Below are positions 49,490 through 57,538 of a stretch of DNA of 64,000 nucleotides, piece by piece. The position numbers and the translations under genes were made by a program. How positions within the stretch are numbered: the first letter of the stretch is position 1; the number at the start of each line of letters is the position of its first letter. Origin of the DNA: Myxococcota bacterium (GTDB lineage: Bacteria; Myxococcota_A; Polyangia; Polyangiales; Houyiibacteriaceae); the NCBI GenBank assembly GCA_039030295.1, contig JBCCEK010000002.1, positions 3,978-67,977 on the forward strand, read 5' to 3'. The notes below the pieces were generated by a model that was given only the letters and a program-made list of their open reading frames with translations, made no database searches and was not told where the DNA came from.

Positions 49490-51012
49490 GCCGCGCCCTG
49501 ATCGGTGTGGTCGTGTTGATCGCGCTGGGGGTCGCGGGCTGGCTTCTGTTCCAACGTCTGACCACGAACATCGCCACAGTCGTGGAGGAGCGGGCCGCAC
49601 CGCCTCCTCGCGAGGTCACAGCCAGCTGGCCTTCGGATCGCTTCTCGCCGGGGCATTCGGAGCACGTGCTCAACCAGCGACTCGAGTGCAACAACTGCCA
49701 CGACCCAAACAAGGATGGGTTCGAGGGCGTGGATATGGGGGTCTGTACCTCTTGCCACGAATCGCAAGCCGCCATCTCACACATGGGAAGCGACCACACA
49801 CCGACCTCCTGCTTCTCGTGTCATTCGTTCAAGTTCGACAGCCCCATCGAAGGCCCTTGGGATTGCGTCCGGTGCCACGGCCCCTTCGATGCCGCGACCC
49901 ACGAAGGGCTCGCGATGCACAACAGCGTCCCTTGCGCGAACTGTCACCACCCGCATGAACCCATCGAGGAAACCCTGAGCGACTGCACCGGTTGCCACGA
50001 AGGAATCGACCTTCACCACGGGCGTCCGGAGTTGAGTGGGACATGCGCCGACTGCCACGCCGGACATGCGATTGCATCCGAAACGACCGCCTGTATCGAG
50101 TGCCACGCGGACGGGGAGCCGAGAGTCGCGTTGACGGCGACGTTCGACAGCGGCCACGAGTCCTGCGCGAACTGCCACCAGGCTCATCAGTTCTCGAAAG
50201 CAGGCGCCCTGCCCTGCGCCACGTGCCATGCCGACACGGTCGTCCTCGCGGCCAATGAAGCGAAGGCCCACGACGATTGTATGAACTGCCACAACCCGCA
50301 TGCGGTTCGCGGCGCGGGGGATCGGGCGTGCACGCGGTGTCACGCGGCGGTCGCGTCGACGCACCCACCCACCGAGGGAAAGACCTGTATCTCTTGCCAC
50401 CAGCCGCACCCGAAGCGGGCGGCGCAACTGTCGCTCCGCTGCACCGACTGCCACGAAGAAGCGGACTCGGAGCACTCGTTTCACGCATCTAGGACGGCCT
50501 GCATCGACTGCCACCAACCTCACGCGTTCGCGCTGGGAAGCCTCGCCGAGCGCGACCTGTGTGTCCGATGCCACGTCGAGCAGATTCGGTTGACCCGGCT
50601 GAATCAGGGGCATGCGAGCTGCGAATCGTGCCACTCAGGAACGGCACACGAGCCGGGTCCCGTCGCAGCGTGCGCGACCTGTCACGAAGAGGTGCTCGAA
50701 GCGAGCCCGGAAGGCCACCGGGAGTGCGCGTCATGCCACGAGCCGCACGGCGGGAACGTCGTCGCTCAAGAACGTTGCGCCAGCTGTCATGCTCTTGCCG
50801 ACCTGCCCGGCCTCCACCGAATTCCGGGCGAACCCGACGGCCCAGGTCACACGGATTGCAACGCATGTCACGACGTGCACGCCACACGGGCCCGAGCGGA
50901 CCGCGCCAGCTGCATGACCTGCCACGACGACATCGCCGACCATGAACCCGAGGCCAAGCGGTGCACCGGATGCCATACGTTCATCCACGGAAGAGGACGG
51001 CAGGCCCTGTGA
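49486..51012 (+). CDS. 23-haem c-type cytochrome with an N-terminal membrane anchor
   Basis: ATGA overlap with the 13-haem gene. MSRALIGVVVLIALGVAGWLLF anchor. 23 CxxCH motifs counted in 508 aa, many as CxxCHxPH repeats. Confidence 0.85.
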   Translation: MSRALIGVVVLIALGVAGWLLFQRLTTNIATVVEERAAPPPREVTASWPSDRFSPGHSEHVLNQRLECNNCHDPNKDGFEGVDMGVCTSCHESQAAISHMGSDHTPTSCFSCHSFKFDSPIEGPWDCVRCHGPFDAATHEGLAMHNSVPCANCHHPHEPIEETLSDCTGCHEGIDLHHGRPELSGTCADCHAGHAIASETTACIECHADGEPRVALTATFDSGHESCANCHQAHQFSKAGALPCATCHADTVVLAANEAKAHDDCMNCHNPHAVRGAGDRACTRCHAAVASTHPPTEGKTCISCHQPHPKRAAQLSLRCTDCHEEADSEHSFHASRTACIDCHQPHAFALGSLAERDLCVRCHVEQIRLTRLNQGHASCESCHSGTAHEPGPVAACATCHEEVLEASPEGHRECASCHEPHGGNVVAQERCASCHALADLPGLHRIPGEPDGPGHTDCNACHDVHATRARADRASCMTCHDDIADHEPEAKRCTGCHTFIHGRGRQAL

Positions 51013-51031
51013 GTCCGCGCGCATCTCGAAC

Positions 51032-52093
51032 CTAGAACGCGTCGACTCGTCCGTTGATGTGCGGCGCGTCGGCCGTGAGCCGAGTCCCCTCCGGGTTGAT
51101 CCCGCGGTGGCAGCCATTGCACGCGACGATCGCGTGGCCCGCGGGCGGGTTCATATGGCATGCGTTGCAATCGAGCTCTAGATCGGCCTCGTCCCAGGCG
51201 ACCTCCGGGGTCGTCCCGCCGCGAACGTGGCAGGTCGTCGCACAGGCCTGCGTGTCGAAGTCGTACGTCGCATCAGGTCCCCACGCCGGCTGAAAAACGA
51301 CGTCGACCGTCCCGTCTCCATGACTGCCCTCGAGCGACGAGAAGTCTTCGCCGAAATGACAGGAGGCGCACCCGAGCGGGTTGGGCAAGTTCGCCGATGG
51401 CTGCACATGCGAAGGATGTGCACCGGCGAAAGGCGCACCAGGGAAGTAGCACTGGTCGCGCGGCGGATAGGGGCGGAGCCCGTCCCCATGACACGTGCCG
51501 CAGGCCAGCACACCTCCAGGAAGATCATGGCAGGCGGTGCAATCCGTCGCACCAGGCGCAAAGGTCGTGACGTCAGCCACAGGCGCCGGGGAACCGGCGT
51601 GACACAGGCCGCACGCGTCGCCGCGACTTGGGTCGACGATCGGGAGCCAGTCGGTGTCGCGCAAGTAGGTGCCGTGCCATGTGTCAGTCCGCGGGTCCAT
51701 CCATTGCCCCGGATGCGATCCGCGGCGCGCCGGCCAGGCTCCGTCCAGGATCCACTCGGTGAGCTCGTCGGTTTGTTCGTCGTCGAGCAGGTCGGCGTGG
51801 TCGGCCAGGTCGAGCACGGCGAGGATCGGCGCCGTCGTGTCGGCCGGGAGCGTCGCCGGTTGGCCGTCGGGGTCTGGAATGCACCGGATCGTCGCGAGAT
51901 AGTCCTCGACCGAGTAGCCGGCCGATGGGTCTTCTCCACCGTGACACTCGAGACACGCCTCCTCGAGAATCGGATCGATCGCGGCAAAGGCGAGCGGAGG
52001 ATCGGAGCCTTGTCGGGCTTCGTCGCAGGCCACGACCACCAGAACCGACATCGACAGCGCTGCCACCGAGCGCAGAGGCCGCGTCAACGTCAT
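51032..52093 (-). CDS. Multihaem c-type cytochrome lipoprotein (7 CxxCH plus 1 CX3CH)
   Basis: Start MTLTRPLRSVAALSMSVLVVVAC (lipobox) overlaps the upstream stop (ATGA). CLECH, CGLCH, CTACH, CGTCH, CASCH, CATTCH, CNACH, CNGCH. Confidence 0.8.
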   Translation of the reverse strand: MTLTRPLRSVAALSMSVLVVVACDEARQGSDPPLAFAAIDPILEEACLECHGGEDPSAGYSVEDYLATIRCIPDPDGQPATLPADTTAPILAVLDLADHADLLDDEQTDELTEWILDGAWPARRGSHPGQWMDPRTDTWHGTYLRDTDWLPIVDPSRGDACGLCHAGSPAPVADVTTFAPGATDCTACHDLPGGVLACGTCHGDGLRPYPPRDQCYFPGAPFAGAHPSHVQPSANLPNPLGCASCHFGEDFSSLEGSHGDGTVDVVFQPAWGPDATYDFDTQACATTCHVRGGTTPEVAWDEADLELDCNACHMNPPAGHAIVACNGCHRGINPEGTRLTADAPHINGRVDAF

Positions 52094-54159
52094 GGCGCCG
52101 GCGTGTTTGGAAGGAACTCGCCGTGGCACTCGCCGCATACGTTGGTGAACGCGAGAGGTTGGTCAGGCCGACCACCTTCCCACAAGGTCACTGTCATGCG
52201 ATGGCTTGCGATATCGTTCCAGTAGTATTGCACCGTCGGGGGGCCGCCGATGACGTCCCGCAGCGCGGGAACCGCCGCACCTGACCTGGCCGTGGGAACG
52301 AGGTGACACTCCGAACAAACGTACGGCCCGAAGATCTCGACGAGGCTTTCGTGTCCCGCAAAACCGGTTACCTCGGCGACGTGGCCCCCGAGTGGGTAGA
52401 GCTCAGGATTCATCGTAGGACTGTGGCAGGTGGTGCAAACGGTGTTGGGGTCGTCGGTGTCGTCGCTTGCGGCGAGGTCTTCGGCGTTCACGTGAGGGTT
52501 GTGGCACCCAGCGCAGGTCATCAGTCGTTCCGGGTTTCGGTAGTGCCGAGACCGCAGATGATCCGAGTACTGCTGGTAGTCGGCCTTGGGATCGCCCGAC
52601 TCAAAGAACGCATCCGGAGGACCGCTGACGCGCGACGTGTACCCGAGGGCAAAGTCGGCTCGCCGGATCCCCGGAGGAGGCATCGCGTTGTCCGCTGACA
52701 GCGGGAGTCCCGTTTCGCCCGCACCGATCCCGAGGGGTCGGGAGTGACAGCTTCCGCACACCATCGCCTGGCGACCCGGAGTCAGCGAGCCGAGCGCCAC
52801 GATGGAGCCACCGCGGGGTGTCAGCTCCAGGTGGTCTGACCCCGGACCGTGGCAAGCCTCGCAACCTGTATTGATCAACTCGGGCCGCCCATCCCCGTCG
52901 TAGTCGAACGCGCCTTCGGGATCGACGACAGCGCTCGCCGACCAACCCTCGCCGTCACTGCCTTCGAGCCGATAGCCGGTGAAGTGACAGCCGGCGCAGT
53001 TGTTGTCGAACGATTCGGCGTCGTCCGGTTGCTGCAACGTCCCGCCCTCGAAGTCGTACCAGAGGTCGGATCGGTAGTCCCGCCAGGGCCAATCGTCTGG
53101 ATCGGGGTTCGAGAAATCCCCTGCGTAGTTGTACTGCAGCGGCAGCACGTAGTAGCTGAGACTCCCGTTCGCGTTCGTACGACGCGTCAGATACTGCTGC
53201 CGTCCGAGGGCGCCCCCATAGGTAAGAACCACGTCGTAGCGGACGGTCGTGTCACCGTCCATCTCCACGTAATACGCTCCGATCGCACCAAGGGGCTTGT
53301 CCTCGTCGCGCCGCAGGTTGATCGTGAAGGCGACGTCGCCTGCCGGCGGCGCATCGTCTACGCGGCAGTTGGAGGAGTCGGAAGAGGCTTCGTCACAATC
53401 GTAGTAGTAGAGCGTCGTCGCGTTGGTATCGAAGACCGCGAGGGCATCGTCGAATTCGGGCCACCACACGATGTCCTGCAAGATCGAACGAACGCCAGGC
53501 ACCTGAAGCCCGACGTTGTGCGCCGTGCGGGTCGTGCTGTGCAAGCCATGACACCCCATGCAGGTGCTAGAGCCCACGTACGTGGCGGCTGCGCTCGGGC
53601 GAGGGCTCACCCGGATGTCCATCTCCATCCCGATCAGGGACTCGGTCGAAAAAGCGGCCCTACTCCCGTCGCCCCCGATGAAGTGGCCGTCGTCGTCACT
53701 CGCGGGTACCCATACGACGAAGTGATTCCCCTCCGGAAGAGTCTCGAAACGGTAGACACCTTCGGTGTCGACCATCGCCTGATCGTAACCCGCTCCTTGG
53801 GTGTCGATCAGATCCTCAATCGGCTCATCGACTTCGGACATCGCCGTCTCTTCGGGCGAGAGAAACAGATCGATCGGCGTCTGCGAGAGCGTCTCGACGT
53901 CGGCTGCGGGCACCAGGTACACCGTGCCGCTCGGAACCACGACACCGTTCGGCTCGAGGATCCGCCCGACCAGCCCGAATGGCTCCGGCGTGATGCCACC
54001 ATCGGCGGGCGGGCCCGGGGGACCAGGCTCGCCGGGCGGTCCTTGGGGCCCTTGGGGTCCAACATCCCCTTTGCAAGCGCCCACTGCCAAAACGCAAAGC
54101 GCAAGCAGGTGAAGCCAGGGCTGGTCGCGCAGGCACACCATCGCGCTGATGATAGGCAT
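52090..54159 (-). CDS. Octahaem c-type cytochrome lipoprotein with a collagen-like tract and an N-terminal beta-sandwich-like domain
   Basis: ATG at 54159 preceded by GGAAGGAG. Lipobox LAVGAC. GPQGPQGPPGEPGPPGPP tract. GRILEPNGVVVPSGTVYLVP (carboxypeptidase-regulatory-like). 8 CxxCH including CEACHGPGSDH. Confidence 0.8.
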   Translation of the reverse strand: MPIISAMVCLRDQPWLHLLALCVLAVGACKGDVGPQGPQGPPGEPGPPGPPADGGITPEPFGLVGRILEPNGVVVPSGTVYLVPAADVETLSQTPIDLFLSPEETAMSEVDEPIEDLIDTQGAGYDQAMVDTEGVYRFETLPEGNHFVVWVPASDDDGHFIGGDGSRAAFSTESLIGMEMDIRVSPRPSAAATYVGSSTCMGCHGLHSTTRTAHNVGLQVPGVRSILQDIVWWPEFDDALAVFDTNATTLYYYDCDEASSDSSNCRVDDAPPAGDVAFTINLRRDEDKPLGAIGAYYVEMDGDTTVRYDVVLTYGGALGRQQYLTRRTNANGSLSYYVLPLQYNYAGDFSNPDPDDWPWRDYRSDLWYDFEGGTLQQPDDAESFDNNCAGCHFTGYRLEGSDGEGWSASAVVDPEGAFDYDGDGRPELINTGCEACHGPGSDHLELTPRGGSIVALGSLTPGRQAMVCGSCHSRPLGIGAGETGLPLSADNAMPPPGIRRADFALGYTSRVSGPPDAFFESGDPKADYQQYSDHLRSRHYRNPERLMTCAGCHNPHVNAEDLAASDDTDDPNTVCTTCHSPTMNPELYPLGGHVAEVTGFAGHESLVEIFGPYVCSECHLVPTARSGAAVPALRDVIGGPPTVQYYWNDIASHRMTVTLWEGGRPDQPLAFTNVCGECHGEFLPNTPAP
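54007..54060 (-). repeat. Collagen-like (G-X-Y)x6 coding tract
   Basis: GPQ GPQ GPP GEP GPP GPP directly after the lipobox of the octahaem protein. Confidence 0.85.
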
Positions 54160-54236
54160 CCTCGACGCTCCTTCCAACGAAGAAGTGTCGAGGATGCTGT
54201 TTCGACGGTGCTGCAGCGTGACTCTCTGTGTTCAGG

Positions 54237-56834
54237 CTACGGACATGTCGCGGGTCGTTGGGGTACCGTGACTACCCTGGGGGTGCCCCCGAGCAGACAG
54301 GTCGAGTCGAAGAGCAGCTGCTCGATGTACCCACCGTTGTGGATGTATCCAGCCGGGTCTTTGTCGGCTACGACGAAGTTGTAGGCCGCGGTGAGCATGT
54401 CGAAGTCGAAGTCACGGTATCGGTTGGGGTAGTTCGCGCCCTGCCCGTTGTCGTAGAACCAGTACGGATAGCTGTCGCCGTTGTAGAAGACGGGGGAATC
54501 GTTGGGCAGCCCCCCTCCGTCGGCGTAGGCGACGATCGCCGCCAGCAGGTCTTCCTTGAGGACGTTGATCTCCCGGAAGTTGTCGCCGGGCGACCCGCTG
54601 AGGTCCTCGAAGTTCTGGCCGCTGTGGCAAAGGTTGCAGTCTTGGACCTTCGGAAGGAAGGTGTGGATCCCCTTGTCGGCGACATCGTCCGAAGAGTTCA
54701 GGTGGCATCCGATACAGTCGACGAGCGTGCGTCCGTCCTGAGTGTGCAACCCGACGAACGTGTTCTGACCTCGGTACACATTGCCGCCGTACTCGTATCC
54801 GCCTTGAACGTCGGTGCCGAACAGAGTCGCGGCGGCGGCGTAGTAGTGAATGTTGATGAAGTCGTAGGACGGATAGTTATTGGGCATCTGCACGACGCCG
54901 TTGTCGACGGCGCTGTCGACTTGTACCGTTGAGCTCCGACCTTGGTGACAGCCCATGCAAAGGTTGCTCGCATTGTCGAAGCTCGCGGTGTCTCCCGATG
55001 GAAACACAATGCTCGCGAGCGCCGGGTTCGCGCCCAGGTCGTCGTACCGGGTCTCCGAGTTGGAGAACAAGTCGAAGTTGTTGTGGCACGCCCAGCAGTC
55101 CACCGTCGTCGTCGGGACATGCCCGGTCGTCGGGTCGCCCATCGCGTACTCCGCGAAACCTGGCGTACTGTGGCACCTCGAGCAGAAGCTGGGAATGCCG
55201 CTGGGCGTGTACCCGTCGGGCTCGTAATCCTCGTCCCAATGGCGGAATGGATCGGTTGCCGCGGCAGCATGGGCGCTGAGCTGCCACTGCTGCGTCTTCG
55301 AAGCTCCTCCGATGTCGTCCCCGTCGATGGTGAGGTCGCCCCGACCGAGCACGGCCACGGAGGTGGAACCGCCCAGGTCTTGAATCGAATCGTAGACGAT
55401 CTGCTGGAGATAGGTCCCGTTGTGGATGTACCCAGCGGGATCTCTCTGGACGACCTGGTAGTTGTAGGCCGCAGGCAACAGCGTCGCATCGAAGTCTTCG
55501 TACCGGTCATTGGTGCCCTCGACGAAGTAGTACGGAAAGCTGTTCTTGTACTCAATCGGTACACCGATGATGTCGGCGGCATACGTTTGGATCGACGAGT
55601 AGAGCTCGGGCAGCATCTCTTCCAGATTGTCGAAGCTCTGCATCGGCGTGCCGCCAAGAGTCTCGAAGCTGGTGCCGCCGTGACAATTGATGCAGCTTTC
55701 CACGCTCGGAATCCAGGTGTGCATCTCCGGAGGCGAGCCCTGGGCGTTGGTCATGTGACACCCTACGCACGTCGAGAACGACTCGGGATGCGAACCAAAC
55801 GTATCGCGAGGCCTGTACTCCTCGTTCGGGTACTCGAACCCGCCGTAGGTCTCGCTTCCGAAGAAGGTCGCGGCAGCCGCATAGTAGTGAATGTTGATGA
55901 ACCTGTAGGGGCCTTCTCCGTCGTCGGAATCGATCTCGTCCTGCACGTCCTTGCCGGACTCGCGACCCTGGTGGCACACCATGCAGATGTTGCTTGGACT
56001 GTAGAGCGACACCTGATCCGTAGACGGGAAGGTCACGGGTTCGAGCGCGCCGTTGGGAAGCCCAAACTTCGCCAGGTTCGAATAGATCGTAGGGAAGTTC
56101 TGGTGACAGTTGACGCAGTCGAGGCCAAGAGGCAACGGAGCCGAGTTGACGTTGTCGCTCGTCGTTACGTACTCGAGGAAGCCCACCTCGCCACCGACGA
56201 AGTCATTGCCCTGCGGCCCGTGACACTTCGCGCATCGACTCGGGACTTCGCCATCTTCGTCCCAGTGGCGCCAAGCCTCGGCGGTGAGGTCGCCATGACC
56301 GCTACCGGCCCACTCCGTTCGGATGGGGGTTTCGGTGAAGGTATAGCCTTCGGCCTGTTCGGCGGAGTAGGTTTCGGTGCCACCATCGTCCACCGCCGCG
56401 AGGAACTTGAGCACGGTAGTCGAGTCTATCGTGATCGGTCCCGTGTACTCCATGCCCTGCACCGCAATGACGTTGCCCTCGTCGTCTCGCTCGAGAACTG
56501 GAGTCAGGTCATCGGTGTAGTAGATCGTGGCACTCTCGTCGTCCGCCGTGAGCGTCACTTCGACCGTTGGTGCAAACGTCGATCCGGGAGGCGCCGCCGT
56601 AACAGCCGCTGGCGCACCGCCGGTACCACCATCTCCACCGCTGCCCCCCGTACCGCCTCCGCCCATGCCGCCGTCACCGCCGGATCCGCCGCCGCCAGTT
56701 GCGCCGTCACCGCCGCTTCCGCCACCACCGGTACCACCGGTCCCGTCACCATCATCGCAGCCAATCGACGCAACACTCGCCCCTAGGATAGTGATCAGAC
56801 CCAGACGCCACCACAAAGACCAGATCGCTCTCAT
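54237..56834 (-). CDS. Decahaem c-type cytochrome lipoprotein built from two tandem pentahaem modules, with a Gly-rich linker and an Ig-like N-terminal domain
   Basis: Lipobox ASIGC followed by about 48 aa of GGxGG repeats. ATIYYTDD...YTGPITIDSTTVLKF (chitobiase-C-terminal-like). 10 CxxCH. Both halves share FRHWDED...C..CH, FINIHYYAAAAT, DPAGYIHNG. Confidence 0.85.
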   Translation of the reverse strand: MRAIWSLWWRLGLITILGASVASIGCDDGDGTGGTGGGGSGGDGATGGGGSGGDGGMGGGGTGGSGGDGGTGGAPAAVTAAPPGSTFAPTVEVTLTADDESATIYYTDDLTPVLERDDEGNVIAVQGMEYTGPITIDSTTVLKFLAAVDDGGTETYSAEQAEGYTFTETPIRTEWAGSGHGDLTAEAWRHWDEDGEVPSRCAKCHGPQGNDFVGGEVGFLEYVTTSDNVNSAPLPLGLDCVNCHQNFPTIYSNLAKFGLPNGALEPVTFPSTDQVSLYSPSNICMVCHQGRESGKDVQDEIDSDDGEGPYRFINIHYYAAAATFFGSETYGGFEYPNEEYRPRDTFGSHPESFSTCVGCHMTNAQGSPPEMHTWIPSVESCINCHGGTSFETLGGTPMQSFDNLEEMLPELYSSIQTYAADIIGVPIEYKNSFPYYFVEGTNDRYEDFDATLLPAAYNYQVVQRDPAGYIHNGTYLQQIVYDSIQDLGGSTSVAVLGRGDLTIDGDDIGGASKTQQWQLSAHAAAATDPFRHWDEDYEPDGYTPSGIPSFCSRCHSTPGFAEYAMGDPTTGHVPTTTVDCWACHNNFDLFSNSETRYDDLGANPALASIVFPSGDTASFDNASNLCMGCHQGRSSTVQVDSAVDNGVVQMPNNYPSYDFINIHYYAAAATLFGTDVQGGYEYGGNVYRGQNTFVGLHTQDGRTLVDCIGCHLNSSDDVADKGIHTFLPKVQDCNLCHSGQNFEDLSGSPGDNFREINVLKEDLLAAIVAYADGGGLPNDSPVFYNGDSYPYWFYDNGQGANYPNRYRDFDFDMLTAAYNFVVADKDPAGYIHNGGYIEQLLFDSTCLLGGTPRVVTVPQRPATCP
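54285..56312 (-). repeat. Intragenic tandem duplication: two ~315-335-aa pentahaem modules (residues ~175-489 and ~517-850)
   Basis: Collinear shared motifs in both halves: (W/F)RHWDED, five CxxCH each, (F)INIHYYAAAAT(F/L)FG, LLPAAYNY/LTAAYNF, DPAGYIHNG(T/G)Y. Confidence 0.8.
56613..56756 (-). repeat. Low-complexity Gly-rich coding repeat (GGTGG/GGSGGDG units)
   Basis: Residues 27-74 of the decahaem protein: DGDGTGGTGGGGSGGDGATGGGGSGGDGGMGGGGTGGSGGDGGTGG. Confidence 0.9.
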
Positions 56835-57094
56835 ACTTCCCTCACCCTCTTCTCGGCCGACTGCGTCTAGTGTCTACATCTAGTCCGCGATTACAAACGT
56901 TCGTGATCAAAAAAACTAACTGCTGAGTGGCTTCTGCAACTTCTGCATCGATCACCGATGCGATCGAAAATTATGCGCCTGGGTTTGTGTTCGTTCGCGC
57001 GCGCACGCTCGGAAGTTGAGTCCACGGAACAACGCCATCGCATCGGTGCGCGGGTCCGCAGACGTCGGAGGGGAGCGCATTCCGAACGCCCACT
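56835..57094 (-). promoter_or_regulatory. AT-rich intergenic region upstream of the decahaem/octahaem/heptahaem operon (putative promoter and operator region)
   Basis: The only conspicuously AT-rich stretch in the window (e.g. gattacaaacgttcgtgatcaaaaaaactaac). Contains direct repeat cttctgca-a-cttctgca (56931-56947) and inverted repeat gcatcg-atcac-cgatgc (56945-56961). No consensus -35/-10 or sigma-54 element identified. Confidence 0.4.
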
Positions 57095-57538
57095 CTAGTC
57101 TGCGTCCAACGTTTCGCGGAACAGCGTGAGAAGGTCGACGTAACTCACGATGCCCAGCAAGGCACCAGTGTCCATGTCCGTCACCGGGATTGCTCCGATG
57201 CGGTGGAACAGCATCGCATCGACGAGTTCGAGCGCTGAGGTCTCGGGATGCACCCTGACAGGGCTCGCATTCATCACGGCTCCGATGGTCGACGTTCGCG
57301 CCTTCTCGATCGAGTCGAGCGCGTCTTCATCAGAGGGCGCCATGTACCCGCGAAGGTCGCGGTCACTGACGATTCCGACCAACTCTTCACCGCGAACGAC
57401 GGGTAGATGACGTACGTCGAGCTCGTAGAGAAGGGCCAGGGCTTCGGCCACGGAGGTCTGCTCGGTCGCGGTGGCGGGTGCTTCGGTCATGAGGTCGTTT
57501 GCGCGCACGGATTTCTCCTTTGGTGAGGGTTTGCCCAT
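57095..57538 (-). CDS. CBS-pair domain protein
   Basis: 147 aa with two CBS repeats (ANDLMTEAPATA...HLPVVRGEELVGIVSDRDL; IGAVMNASPVRV...IGAIPVTDMDTGALLGIVSYVDLL). Confidence 0.85.
   Translation of the reverse strand: MGKPSPKEKSVRANDLMTEAPATATEQTSVAEALALLYELDVRHLPVVRGEELVGIVSDRDLRGYMAPSDEDALDSIEKARTSTIGAVMNASPVRVHPETSALELVDAMLFHRIGAIPVTDMDTGALLGIVSYVDLLTLFRETLDAD

Noticed and set aside
56895-56910. FNR/CRP-type site (TTGAT-N4-ATCAA) in ttgatcacgaacgttt (minus strand) upstream of the decahaem operon
   Set aside because: Only the first half-site matches. The second half matches 2 of 5 positions.
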